This document shows, in pieces, positions 49,557 through 58,879 of a stretch of 64,000 bases of DNA (position 1 is its first letter; every line of letters begins with the position of its first letter). This DNA comes from an uncultured delta proteobacterium (GTDB taxonomy: Bacteria; Desulfobacterota; Binatia; UBA9968). Where the stretch lies: contig CAVYTU010000014.1 of the NCBI GenBank assembly GCA_963771465.1, positions 896,001-960,000 of the forward strand, written 5' to 3'. The notes below the pieces were generated by a model. The model was not told where the DNA came from, searched no databases, and saw nothing but the letters and a program-made list of their open reading frames with translations. Position numbers and translations under genes: made by a program.

Positions 49557-50813
49557 TTATTTTTCCATCGCCGCCAGCATCGCGTCTTTTTCAGCGCGTA
49601 TTCTGGGGTGATAACAGTCGACCGGCTGTGTGCCGATGAGTCCGACACAGGCGTTGCAATCCACGCACCGCGGTCCCGAGGTTCCATCGTGCAAGTGGCG
49701 ATACAGCAGCGGATCGGCGATAAACCCGCGGCCGACGGAAACCGCGTCGCACAGACTTTGTTCGATGGCGGACTGCATTGCTTCCCGGCTAAGAAACCCG
49801 CCGACGCATATGACCGGAATGGATAGGGCTTGTTTGAATTGGCGCGCGTAATGAAGGTTGAAGCCTTCACGACCTTTAAAGAGAAGATTGAACACAAGCG
49901 CCATCAACGGCCAGAACAAATTGAAGGCCATCCTGCGCCACAACGACAGATGGCGCACACCGCCCGACAGCGTATTGCGCAAACAGCGGCCGAAGGTGCC
50001 ACGCACCATTGGAAAGCCGGACTCGTACTGGCCGACGGATACCTCGACGGCATCGATGCCTTCCTGCTCCATCGCCTTGGCGATCTTAACCAGCTCGGGC
50101 GTTTTCAAACCGGGCCGCAGCGGCAGGTAATCGGAACCGTTGAGCTTAATGATCACCGGGTAGTCCTTGCCGACACGCCCGCGCATCGCGCGATATAAAT
50201 CGCGCAGGAATCGCAAGCGCTTCTCGAACGAGCCCCCGTAGTCGTCGGTGCGTTTGTTGGTGTACGGCGTGAGGAACTGATTGACCAGATAGCCGTGTCC
50301 GGCGTGAATCTGCACGCCGTCGAAGCCGGCCTCCTTGCAGCGGGCAGCGGCGTCAGCGAACTGTTGCACGATGCGTTCGATTTCCGCCACGGTCAACGCA
50401 CGCGGTCGCGTGCCGGTTGACAAGTCTTTGACGCTCGACGCGGACAATGCCTCGGGTAATCCGGCGAAGCCAGGAATAACCTGGCGTCCACTATGATTCA
50501 GCTGCGCGAAGATCTTGGTGCCGTGCACATGCATTGACTCGACCAGCTGCTTGAGCGCCGGAATTTTACTGTCGTCATCTACGCCCATTTGCAATGGCGT
50601 GGATCTGCCGTCAAGACTGGGATAGACATTCCCGGTAATGATGAGTGGCACGCCGCCTTTGGCCATCGGCAGGTAGAAGTCAATATGCTGCTGCGTGGCA
50701 AAGCCATCCGCCGTGGCGCGGGTTTCCGAGGTCGCGGTCTTAATGATCCGTCCATTAATCGAGAGCTTGCCGATGGCGAGGGGTGTAAAAAGAATGCTTT
50801 CGTTCGGTGACAT
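49557..50813 (-). CDS. NADH:flavin oxidoreductase (Old Yellow Enzyme family)
   Basis: AQLNHSGRQ, GFDGVQIHAGHGYL..QFL.P..NKRTDDYGGS, GRGFIADP, C-terminal CVDCNAC. Confidence 0.94.
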   Translation of the reverse strand: MSPNESILFTPLAIGKLSINGRIIKTATSETRATADGFATQQHIDFYLPMAKGGVPLIITGNVYPSLDGRSTPLQMGVDDDSKIPALKQLVESMHVHGTKIFAQLNHSGRQVIPGFAGLPEALSASSVKDLSTGTRPRALTVAEIERIVQQFADAAARCKEAGFDGVQIHAGHGYLVNQFLTPYTNKRTDDYGGSFEKRLRFLRDLYRAMRGRVGKDYPVIIKLNGSDYLPLRPGLKTPELVKIAKAMEQEGIDAVEVSVGQYESGFPMVRGTFGRCLRNTLSGGVRHLSLWRRMAFNLFWPLMALVFNLLFKGREGFNLHYARQFKQALSIPVICVGGFLSREAMQSAIEQSLCDAVSVGRGFIADPLLYRHLHDGTSGPRCVDCNACVGLIGTQPVDCYHPRIRAEKDAMLAAMEK

Positions 50814-50893
50814 AACGGACCTCCGTAGTATCGCACGCCAGCGATTAAGCTTACATCAGCCCGGGCTGTACGCGCCATACAGGAAAAGGCGGC

Positions 50894-50987
50894 AGGGTCC
50901 TTCTGGCCTTTCTTGCTTTTTGTTTCGTTCATCCTCCACAGGCACTTTTGAATTCAACTCCAAGACTCCTTGCTCGCGATCGCCGCG
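50894..50987 (+). repeat. REP-anchored methionine-synthase-II-tail repeat, copy 1
   Basis: TTCTTGCTTTTTGTTTCGTTC...CACTTTTGAATTCAAC...CTCCTTGCTCGCGATCGCCGCG. Confidence 0.85.
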
Positions 50988-51020
50988 TCCTAAGTCGATC
51001 CAAAAGCAAAACTAAAGATG

Positions 51021-51140
51021 TGAGTAGCCGGGATTTGACGGACACCAAACAAGGGCTTAACAGTTCGGGTGAGGCGTTCGATAGAAAAGCAGAAGCAATT
51101 TAGCGCTGAGTTTAAACGAGTAGCCGTACGACTAGTGGAA
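51021..51140 (+). mobile_element. IS3-family left end with degenerate OrfA start
   Basis: TGAGTAGCCGGGATTTGACGGACACC terminus; (I)EKQKQFSAEFKRVAVRLVE. Confidence 0.8.
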
Positions 51141-51347
51141 AGTTTATCGGTGGGGTGAAAATGGAAGAGGGTGTCACAATTGCCAAGGTGCCGGATTGAA
51201 TGAAACTCAAGCCGAGATGATGCGGCATCTGATCAGGGAGCACGAGAAGCTTGGGCGCACCCTGACCGAAGAAGAGACAGTCACGTTGCTACGCAGCTTG
51301 GGATTCGAAATCAGTGAGCCGAAGTGATGAGGAACAAAGTCGGCTCT

Positions 51348-51395
51348 GGGGTCAGGTCTGCAATCACACATTCCCGCTTCGCTCCTTCATCCGTT
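51348..51395 (+). repeat. REP-like arm plus 39 bp identical to 47409-47447
   Basis: GGGGTCAGG-TCTGCAATCACACATTCCCGCTTCGCTCCTTCATCCGTT. Confidence 0.85.
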
Positions 51396-51472
51396 CACCG
51401 TCGGATGCGCCGCGATCTCGTGGAGCCGTTAGCCTGAAACCGATAGCGGCTGTCGGTGTCCGGCCTTATTTA

Positions 51473-51952
51473 TCACAACTTAGCCGCCGCCTCTTTCTCC
51501 TCCTCCGTAGCCTCACGCCCGGGCCTCGGTCCGCGACCATTTTGCGCGTCGGTGTACGGAGCGAAGTTCACACGGTGAACATCCTTGATCGAAGAGTCTC
51601 GGCTGGTGATGTGGTAAATCTCCAGGGGCTCTTCCTCTGTGTTATCGAACCAGTAAGGAACTCCTTTGGGTATGGCGACACCTTCGCCGGGCCCAAGCTC
51701 AGCGACCAGGACATCGTTCATACCGTAAAATCTCGCCCTTCCCTTCAGCACAATCCAGATCGACTCTACATCGGGATGCGCGTGGAGATTGTTCTCGCCG
51801 CCGTCCTTGTTGACTCTCATTAGGCCAACGGCGAGGTTTCCAGAACGCAAACGGAACGGGCTGCTCCACTTGCCTCTGCTCGGGTCTGACGCCACGTCTA
51901 TTGGTTGCTGCCGTGCTACGGTAATACCTGCTACCTTGTTCGGCTGTGTCAT
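51473..51952 (-). CDS. Cupin domain protein
   Basis: GGENNLHAHPD.ESIWIVLKG, IPKGVPYWF; GGAGG RBS. Confidence 0.88.
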   Translation of the reverse strand: MTQPNKVAGITVARQQPIDVASDPSRGKWSSPFRLRSGNLAVGLMRVNKDGGENNLHAHPDVESIWIVLKGRARFYGMNDVLVAELGPGEGVAIPKGVPYWFDNTEEEPLEIYHITSRDSSIKDVHRVNFAPYTDAQNGRGPRPGREATEEEKEAAAKL

Positions 51953-52004
51953 TTCCGTTTACGCCTCCTTGATACCATGCTATCGGACGCTCGTGACTCC
52001 CGAC

Positions 52005-53126
52005 TTAATGCTTTTCGGCTTTTGGAAAGCCGTAAGCCCCCGCAACCTTCGAGGTGTATTCGTCGAGCTTTGTATAGTGGTTCCAATCGACCAGGGAGAG
52101 TGTCTTTCCTTTGGTCTCTTGCGCTTGAACCGAATTGGGCAACAGTACGGACGCGCCATAAGGCCAGTGTTCATCCAGTAACTTTTGTCCTTCGGGCGAT
52201 GCCTGAAACTCCAGCCATAAAAGGGCGGCATAAGGATTTCTGGCCGCGGCCAGGACGCCGTCGGTAAGATGCAGCCTGCCCACAACCGGCTCCAAAAACT
52301 TATATCCGAGCACCTTGAGGCGGTCTTTTGCCTGCGCTCTCTTCACCGCTCCGAAGTTGGTCCCGATAAACATGGGAATCTCTCCGGCCTGAACGGAAGC
52401 AATCACGATGGAATGGCCTCTTGCCCAGGCAGGCTCCTGTGCTGCGATCTTCTTGGCAAAGTCGAGAGTCTTCTCAAGGCCCCATGCAGGGACCAGCGCC
52501 GCAACCCCTACGGGCCGAATATCCGAGGCGAACTTCTTCCCTTTGAACTCGGGCCGCAAAAGATCCTCCCACTTCACGGGGACCTTTTCGGGAGGGATCA
52601 ACTTGTTGTTGTAGGCCAGCACATGGAGATTGCTGCTAAGCGCCACGACGTGGCGGTAAATGGGATCGACCATCGGCGGAGGGATACTCAGCACCTTGTG
52701 CTGGGCCATGCCCAGAATGTCGAACTTCTTCTGGTGCGGCAGGTACTCATCGTATAACTCGGTCCAGAGGCGATTGGCATCCCAGTCCTTTACGATGCCG
52801 GCCTTGATCTCCAGGAGAAAGCGTTGCGCCGCTTCAACCGATCCTCCTTGCTCCTCCACATGGACGTCGAGAAAGGGGTACTTCGCCTTGAAGGCGCGAG
52901 CCATCGCGTCAAGCATCTTCCCGGACAGGAAGCTTATAGCTCGCATCCTGCCCTCTTTTTTGGCTGCGGCCACGATCTGGTCGTGGCTCGTCGCGAAAAC
53001 ATATCCCTTGGTTTCGGCCTCCTGTTTGGCTTTAAGCAACTCCGGACTCGCAGCGTCGCCATATCCAGCAAAAGCCGTGAGCCACAGCCCCAGGGCCAAA
53101 GCGAAATTTCTCGAAATCGCTTTCAT
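52005..53126 (-). CDS. Extracellular solute-binding protein (paralog family)
   Basis: Signal peptide, KAKQEAETKGY, AAKKEG, AYGFPKA. Confidence 0.9.
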   Translation of the reverse strand: MKAISRNFALALGLWLTAFAGYGDAASPELLKAKQEAETKGYVFATSHDQIVAAAKKEGRMRAISFLSGKMLDAMARAFKAKYPFLDVHVEEQGGSVEAAQRFLLEIKAGIVKDWDANRLWTELYDEYLPHQKKFDILGMAQHKVLSIPPPMVDPIYRHVVALSSNLHVLAYNNKLIPPEKVPVKWEDLLRPEFKGKKFASDIRPVGVAALVPAWGLEKTLDFAKKIAAQEPAWARGHSIVIASVQAGEIPMFIGTNFGAVKRAQAKDRLKVLGYKFLEPVVGRLHLTDGVLAAARNPYAALLWLEFQASPEGQKLLDEHWPYGASVLLPNSVQAQETKGKTLSLVDWNHYTKLDEYTSKVAGAYGFPKAEKH

Positions 53127-53243
53127 ACGCCCGTTACCTCCCAAAAAGTGTTCAAACCTGCGGTATGCAAAATCTTTAACACAATAATTCCGGCAAGGAC
53201 AAACGAGTTCAGTTCTAAGCAACGGCAAACCAAGGGTTCAGGC

Positions 53244-53280
53244 GTCAGGCTTGCCTAAGTCTACTAACTTTCTAGCAGTG
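53244..53280 (+). repeat. 37-bp direct repeat, copy A
   Basis: GTCAGGCTTGCCTAAGTCTACTAACTTTCTAGCAGTG. Confidence 0.8.
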
Positions 53281-53423
53281 CCGGTATTCTCGCTAGGCAA
53301 AAATCTTCTGGCGCGTGACGATGCCGCGCGCCGATGCGGCCGACTCCTTCGGTCACGCGACTACTAACACCAGGAGGGATGAATGAATAGGCGTTCTTGC
53401 AAAGAAATCACCGGGAAGCCGGT

Positions 53424-54329
53424 CTAGCGGTGAACCGCTTGTTCGAAGCAAACACCCGCTTCCGACGCAACGTCGAAAAGCTCCCGCGCGTGCATCCAGG
53501 CCTGTGTCTTTTCGAACATCTCTCGTGTGTAAGGCTGCGGCACGACCCGTTCGCCGATCCCGAATCGCCGAACATCGACTTGGTCGCGAAACCGCTCGGG
53601 AATCTCGTTGATGAAGTGGCGCTTGTAGCGCTCCGGTTCGACGTCGATATCCGCTTGCGCTCTGATGAGGGCGCGCATGTAGCGTTCGACGTCTAGCGAA
53701 TCCACATCGCGATGAAACATGAAGGCCATCATGAACGTCGTCGAGACGATTCTCCGAAAGCTGTGCTGTTCCAAAAGATAGAGTTGCGGTCCCCAGACGT
53801 TTACCGCCGGTGTCTTCCGCGCTAAAGCTGCATCGACGCGCGACCAGGAAGTGCCGACAAATTTGAGCGCGATGTCTGCGCGCGTCAGAAACACCTCCAT
53901 CGCCTGCAGCGCGGAGTAGTGACTGCCCGAGTGGTATCCGACCGCGATGTCCGTCCGAGCGAGGTCAGCGGGCTCGAAAACACTCGAATCACCCGGCACG
54001 ACGATGGCCGCCTCACAGACGCTATAAGCCTTGCCCCACATAATCCCTTCTTCCACTTTCGCCGACTGGTTTACCGTCCAATGACAGGCACAACTTACGT
54101 CGCCCGCGCCTTCTCCTTTACGTCCGTGCCCCTCCGCGTACCGTTCGAACGCACCAAAGCGGTTATCCTCGAGCGCGGCCGGCGAATCGCCGGTCGCGAG
54201 CCGGGGCGTGTTCTTGCGGCTTCCTTCCACATTGAGTTCGTAGTCGAGACCTTCCGCAGCAAAATAACCTTTTTCTTCGGCAACCCAATCGTTGAGCCTG
54301 CCGTGCGGCTGAATGATGAATTTCGCCAT
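53424..54329 (-). CDS. ABC substrate-binding-like protein (NMT1-like), no signal peptide
   Basis: WVAEEKGYFAAEGL, SCACHW, VGYHSGSHYS. Confidence 0.75.
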   Translation of the reverse strand: MAKFIIQPHGRLNDWVAEEKGYFAAEGLDYELNVEGSRKNTPRLATGDSPAALEDNRFGAFERYAEGHGRKGEGAGDVSCACHWTVNQSAKVEEGIMWGKAYSVCEAAIVVPGDSSVFEPADLARTDIAVGYHSGSHYSALQAMEVFLTRADIALKFVGTSWSRVDAALARKTPAVNVWGPQLYLLEQHSFRRIVSTTFMMAFMFHRDVDSLDVERYMRALIRAQADIDVEPERYKRHFINEIPERFRDQVDVRRFGIGERVVPQPYTREMFEKTQAWMHARELFDVASEAGVCFEQAVHR

Positions 54330-54420
54330 ATCTTTCTCCCCGTCAGTTTATGACAGCCCGCATTTTGAATTTTCTAGTCGGCGCTTTGGATCACCTTGTA
54401 AAGCTGTTTGCGGGCTGTCT

Positions 54421-54457
54421 GTCAGACTGGCCTAAGTTTACTAACTTCCTGGCAGTG
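54421..54457 (+). repeat. 37-bp direct repeat, copy B
   Basis: GTCAGACTGGCCTAAGTTTACTAACTTCCTGGCAGTG. Confidence 0.85.
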
Positions 54458-54779
54458 TTTGTATAGCGCTGCGCAAAATCCCCTCGCGCGCGCCGGTGCC
54501 GCCGCCGGCAATTTCAGCGAAGTTGGAAAATTTCGTTCCAGTGCTTCTCGTACTTGGGATAATTTTTTGTATCATCCGCTGAAAGCTTATAGGTTTTCGC
54601 CGGGAGAATTTTCTCGACCTTCTTTTGTGATGCCTGTTCGATAAAGTCCAGGGCCCGATCTTGGCGGACTGGTCCGTATGCTATCTCAGCCCCATGGTCA
54701 CAGCAAAAGGCCTTGTAATCGCGGCGTTGTTCGGCCTATTTTTTGGTTGTCGGTCTAAAACTTCTCTGGAGGTGTGAAT

Positions 54780-55616
54780 ATGCCACGCTATCTCGTTTTG
54801 GCCAATCAAACCGCCGCGAGCCCGGAGCTGACCAGCGCAGTTCGGGAGATCGTGGCAAACGACGCAGATACGGAATTTGTCTTGCTGGTTCCCGCCACAC
54901 CGGTAGAAGATCTCCTCGATTGGCAGGACGGCGATAGTGAAACGATCGCGCAGCGCACCGCTCAAGCGGCAAAAGGTCATCTAGCGGGAGTGGGTGCGAA
55001 AGTCGCGCGCACGGAAGTGGGTGACGCTTCGCCTGTAAAAGCAATCGAGAACGAGTTGGAACAGCACCAAGAAAAATATGACGGCATCATCATCTCCACT
55101 CTACCGCTGCAAAGGTCACGCTGGGTGGCTCTCGACCAGCCCCGGCGCATCGAGCGCCGCTTCAAAGTGCCGGTCCGACACGTGGTAGGCCATTCGGTTA
55201 CTATGACCAGGGAGGATCTCATAAACGGTCTGAATGAAGATCTCAACCTTGAGCTCGAGGCGCTCCTGAGGAGCGTGTATCACGCCGCCGCCGGTCGCGG
55301 CATGCTCGGCCACGAGCTTCGCGAGTTACTGAAAAAGGAGCTCCCGGGCGAGCTTGACCACGCTACGTTTCTCGCCGATAAGATCGTGGCGCTCGGCGGC
55401 GAAGTGCGTATCCGGCCGGCCATGCCCGCAGAATTTGGCGCTGCCCGGGAGCTTTTGCAGCAGAATATTGCCGCCGAACGGAAGATCATAAACAATTACA
55501 CGAGACGGATCGATCAGGCGGCGGAGTTTGGCGACAAAGGTCTGGCGATACGCTTGGAGAATATGCTGGCATCGGAAACTGATCACCTCGAGCAACTCGA
55601 ACGTCTGGGACGCTAG
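54780..55616 (+). CDS. USP-like domain fused to a ferritin-like (bacterioferritin-type) domain
   Basis: N-terminal LVLANQT...GDASP...IIISTLP...SRW. C-terminal four-helix bundle with E, ExxH (ELDH), E, ExxH (ETDH) and IVALGG. Confidence 0.85.
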   Translation: MPRYLVLANQTAASPELTSAVREIVANDADTEFVLLVPATPVEDLLDWQDGDSETIAQRTAQAAKGHLAGVGAKVARTEVGDASPVKAIENELEQHQEKYDGIIISTLPLQRSRWVALDQPRRIERRFKVPVRHVVGHSVTMTREDLINGLNEDLNLELEALLRSVYHAAAGRGMLGHELRELLKKELPGELDHATFLADKIVALGGEVRIRPAMPAEFGAARELLQQNIAAERKIINNYTRRIDQAAEFGDKGLAIRLENMLASETDHLEQLERLGR

Positions 55617-55697
55617 TGCGCCGGACCGCTCACGTCGAACTTTGAGGACTGAACGCAGCGGAGGGCGCGGTCCGCGTGGCAGGCGTGCGGGCTGCTT

Positions 55698-55734
55698 GTC
55701 AGACGGGCCTAAGGTTACTAACTTCCTGGGAGTG
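55698..55734 (+). repeat. 37-bp direct repeat, copy C
   Basis: GTCAGACGGGCCTAAGGTTACTAACTTCCTGGGAGTG; also shares upstream TGCGGGCTG with copy B. Confidence 0.85.
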
Positions 55735-55767
55735 TGTTCCGCGGAGAAAACAAGCCCGTTTTTCGGC

Positions 55768-56796
55768 TTAGTCTCGCAGCACCGCATTCATCCGCGCGAT
55801 GACCTCCGGCGGCTGGGTAACCACCTCGCGCGCCAGGGCTTGAAGCTTCTCGCCGCTCACAGGGTCCGGTTCCCAGCGACGCTTTTCCGCCTCGGCCAAA
55901 AGCTCGGGATCTTTCATCACCTTCAAAAAACTGTCGCGCAGAATTTTGACCCGATCAGCGGGGATCGTCGGACCGCCTACGATCGGCCGGCCGAACGGAC
56001 CGGGCGAGAGCAGAACGGTCGCGAGCCGTTTACCGGCCTCGGGTGTTTTATGTTTTTCCATCGCTTCCCAGATCGTTGGCACGTCCGCTGCCCGCGGATC
56101 GCGCTTTGACCCGCCGATGACAAGTATTCGGACGAATCCGTTTTTCGCCCAGGTGCGGCCCGGTTCCCTGCCGAAAAATGCGCTGGTCGTGCCGGCGCGG
56201 CATTGGACTTCGCCTTTCTCGATGGCGAGGTCGATGTCGTTCGCTCCGGGGTAACCTGCCACCAGGTTGAACTTCAGCGCGAGAACTTCTTCCAGGAGCC
56301 GCGGAAAATAGTGGCCGGGCGTGCCGGTGCCGGTGGTGCCGCACTTGGGCGGCGTCGATGCCTGGCGAATATCATCGAAAGTTTTGAAAGGCGTGTCGGA
56401 ACGCATGGAAAGCATTTCGCTGGTTTCCTCGGGCGTGCCGATCCAGGCGAACTTTGCCCAGTCGAACTTGGCTTCTTTTTGACCGCCGAGTTGGTTGAAA
56501 AACAGCGCGGGGGCGATCAAGCCCAGGGTGAGCCCATCGCCTTTTTCGACTCCATAGATGTAATTAGCCGCGACCATGGTGGCGGCGCCGGGCATATTTT
56601 GCACGATGAAATTCGGATTGCCTGGAATGTACTTGCCCCAAAACCGCGCGATCGCCCGCGCCCAAAGATCGTTGGTGCCGCCGGCGGAGTAGCCGATCAA
56701 CAGTCTGACCGTTTTACCCTTGTAAAAATCAGCTTGAGCGCCGGCGCTCGTGCTGCCGATGGACAAAAGCAATAGAGCGAAAAGAAATGTTCTCAT
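55768..56796 (-). CDS. Bug/TctC tripartite tricarboxylate transporter substrate-binding protein
   Basis: FYKGKTV, GGTND, IPGNP..IVQNMPGA, GYPG, DPELLAEA. Confidence 0.9.
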   Translation of the reverse strand: MRTFLFALLLLSIGSTSAGAQADFYKGKTVRLLIGYSAGGTNDLWARAIARFWGKYIPGNPNFIVQNMPGAATMVAANYIYGVEKGDGLTLGLIAPALFFNQLGGQKEAKFDWAKFAWIGTPEETSEMLSMRSDTPFKTFDDIRQASTPPKCGTTGTGTPGHYFPRLLEEVLALKFNLVAGYPGANDIDLAIEKGEVQCRAGTTSAFFGREPGRTWAKNGFVRILVIGGSKRDPRAADVPTIWEAMEKHKTPEAGKRLATVLLSPGPFGRPIVGGPTIPADRVKILRDSFLKVMKDPELLAEAEKRRWEPDPVSGEKLQALAREVVTQPPEVIARMNAVLRD

Positions 56797-56910
56797 TGTC
56801 TGAGTTCCTTTCGTTACGTGGATTGCGGCCATTGACCCAAACCCAGGTCCCCTGCCCAAGGGCACGTATAATTCATGCCGGCAGGAAGTCAACACCGCCA
56901 ACGAAAAATT

Positions 56911-57150
56911 GAGAGTCAGACTTTTACTTCTAGACTTTCTTGCTTTTTGTTTCGTTCATCCCGCACAGACACTTTTGAATTCAACTCCACAACTTCTTGC
57001 TGCGATCGCCGCGCCGTCGCGCAGCTTGGCCCAGGCGATTTACGGATGAACGCGGCAGCGGTCGGTGCCGGCGATGACGTTTTCTCGGTCGACGATTTCA
57101 GCAAACGTAATGATACGATCGGCTACCAGTTCCAGGATGCTCGACGAGTT
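56911..57150 (+). repeat. REP-anchored methionine-synthase-II-tail repeat, copy 2 (longest)
   Basis: GTCAGACTTTTACTTCTAGAC arm; minus strand decodes, with indels, to VEHPELVADRIITFAEIVDRENVIAGTD...RVHP.IAWAKL..DGAAIA. Confidence 0.85.
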
Positions 57151-57289
57151 TCGCGGTGAGTTTGCCTAGATCACGGTAAGTCAACGACCGGCAGAGCATC
57201 GTCGTTGACTTGGCCACCCCTTCAAAGCTATTGGAGGCGGTGACGCTTTTCGCAATATCTGTTCTTGAAACTTCAAGGAGGTAGCAGAA

Positions 57290-58594
57290 ATGAACTCATG
57301 GCGAGTTTTACCCGCGGTGTATTTACTGTGTCTTGCATCTAGCGTTGCCGTCGCCTTTGGGCAGAGCAACCCAACCTATATTCAATTTTCCCCCGCTGAA
57401 GTGAAGGGAGCGCTCTACAAACCCGACTCCGGGCCGGCGCCGCATGTTGGGATACTCGTGACGCATCGTACCTCGAATGTCATGGGAAGCTTGACCTGCA
57501 CCGAGCTAGCAAAGAGAGGATTCGCGGTTCTCTGCTTGAACCCAAGATCCGATAACAACGAAGCTCTGGTCAGATGGGAGAGCATCGCTCTAGACGTGCG
57601 GTCGGGAGTGAATTTCCTGAGAAAACAACCGGGCATCACGAAAGTTTTGCTTCTGGGAGGGAGCGGTGGAGGGCCGACAATGAGCTTCTATCAGGCGGTG
57701 GCGGAGCGCGGTCCTTCGTACTGCCAGGGTCCCAACAAACTTGTTCAATGTAGCGGCGAGCTTGCCAATCTCCCGCGGGCCGACGGGATCATCTTCAGAG
57801 ATGCGCATCCAGGAAATCCGGTGAACGGCATCAGGAGTCTGAACCCCGCAATCGTGAACGAGGGGCAACCTGGTCAAAAAAATCCTGAGTTGGATCCGTT
57901 CAACCCCGAGAACGGCTACAACCCCAAGGGACCATCGAAATATTCCGAGGCATTCAAGAAAAAATACTTCAAGGCGCAAGCAGACCGGATGAACAAACTG
58001 ATCGACGACGCTTTGCGCAAGGTGGCGCTGATGAAAGAAGGCAAATACCATTATCCCGATGACGATGTCTTTGTTGTCGTCGGAGGGGGCGGAGCGCGAC
58101 TCATGGAGCTCGACTTGAGTATTCATCACGGCACGATACAGCCGCAGAAATTGCTGAAGAACGACGGCGGCATCGTAACCGAGGTCGTGCACAGCGTTCG
58201 GCGCGCCAATCCAGCGCTCGCGAAAGAAAGCGCGACTTTCGAGAATGGGGCGCGGTTATTGACGGTACGATCTTTTCTCAGCGCCAATGCGACAAGAGCC
58301 GCGGATTCCATGGACGGAATCGATGATTGCTCCACCAACAACTCGACGCCATGCGCCCTGCGCAATATTTCTGTTCCGGTGCTCATTGCCGCCATGGGGG
58401 CGCACTATTTTATACGGGACAACGAGATCCATTACGAAGTAGCCGCCAGCTCGGACAAAGATTTCATCGTGATAGAAGGCGCAACGCACGGAATCACGCC
58501 GTGCGTCCGGTGCGAACAATCGCCGGGGCAATATTCGAACAGCGTGAAGAACTTTTTTGATTACGTGGCGAAATGGATTAACGCCCGGTTTTGA
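57290..58594 (+). CDS. Secreted alpha/beta hydrolase-fold protein
   Basis: Signal peptide, GGSGGG elbow, ISVPVL, IEGATH; AAGGAGG RBS. Confidence 0.85.
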   Translation: MNSWRVLPAVYLLCLASSVAVAFGQSNPTYIQFSPAEVKGALYKPDSGPAPHVGILVTHRTSNVMGSLTCTELAKRGFAVLCLNPRSDNNEALVRWESIALDVRSGVNFLRKQPGITKVLLLGGSGGGPTMSFYQAVAERGPSYCQGPNKLVQCSGELANLPRADGIIFRDAHPGNPVNGIRSLNPAIVNEGQPGQKNPELDPFNPENGYNPKGPSKYSEAFKKKYFKAQADRMNKLIDDALRKVALMKEGKYHYPDDDVFVVVGGGGARLMELDLSIHHGTIQPQKLLKNDGGIVTEVVHSVRRANPALAKESATFENGARLLTVRSFLSANATRAADSMDGIDDCSTNNSTPCALRNISVPVLIAAMGAHYFIRDNEIHYEVAASSDKDFIVIEGATHGITPCVRCEQSPGQYSNSVKNFFDYVAKWINARF

Positions 58595-58680
58595 TAGCAT
58601 GGGAAGAACAGCGTCGTGGCGAGGTTTGCATGTACGCCAACGGCATCAATTTGCGAAAGGATGAGTGCGAGGTTCTAGGT

Positions 58681-58856
58681 TTCGGGGTCACACGAGTTTC
58701 GCACAGTTTCGGGGTCACGCACAGTTTCGGGGTCAGGTCTTTACTTTTGACATTCGTGGTTACTTAAAATCTGCAATAGAAAATCTCGCGGAGCCCACGC
58801 ATCTACACCCTCGGTGCCGGCGTTACGATTTCGGTCAAGAGTAAAAATACGACCCT
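58681..58856. repeat. REPIN-like pair with stuttered TTTCGGGGTCA units
   Basis: Three TTTCGGGGTCA units, the last continuing GGTCTTTACTTTTGAC, then GTCAAGAGTAAAAATACGACCCT. Confidence 0.8.
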
Positions 58857-58879
58857 TAACGTGTCCATCATGACGATTA

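Noticed and set aside
54640-54700. TPP riboswitch upstream of the NMT1-like gene (GGCTGAGA on the minus strand)
   Set aside because: The downstream ACCTGA...TAAT...GCG.AGG core is absent.
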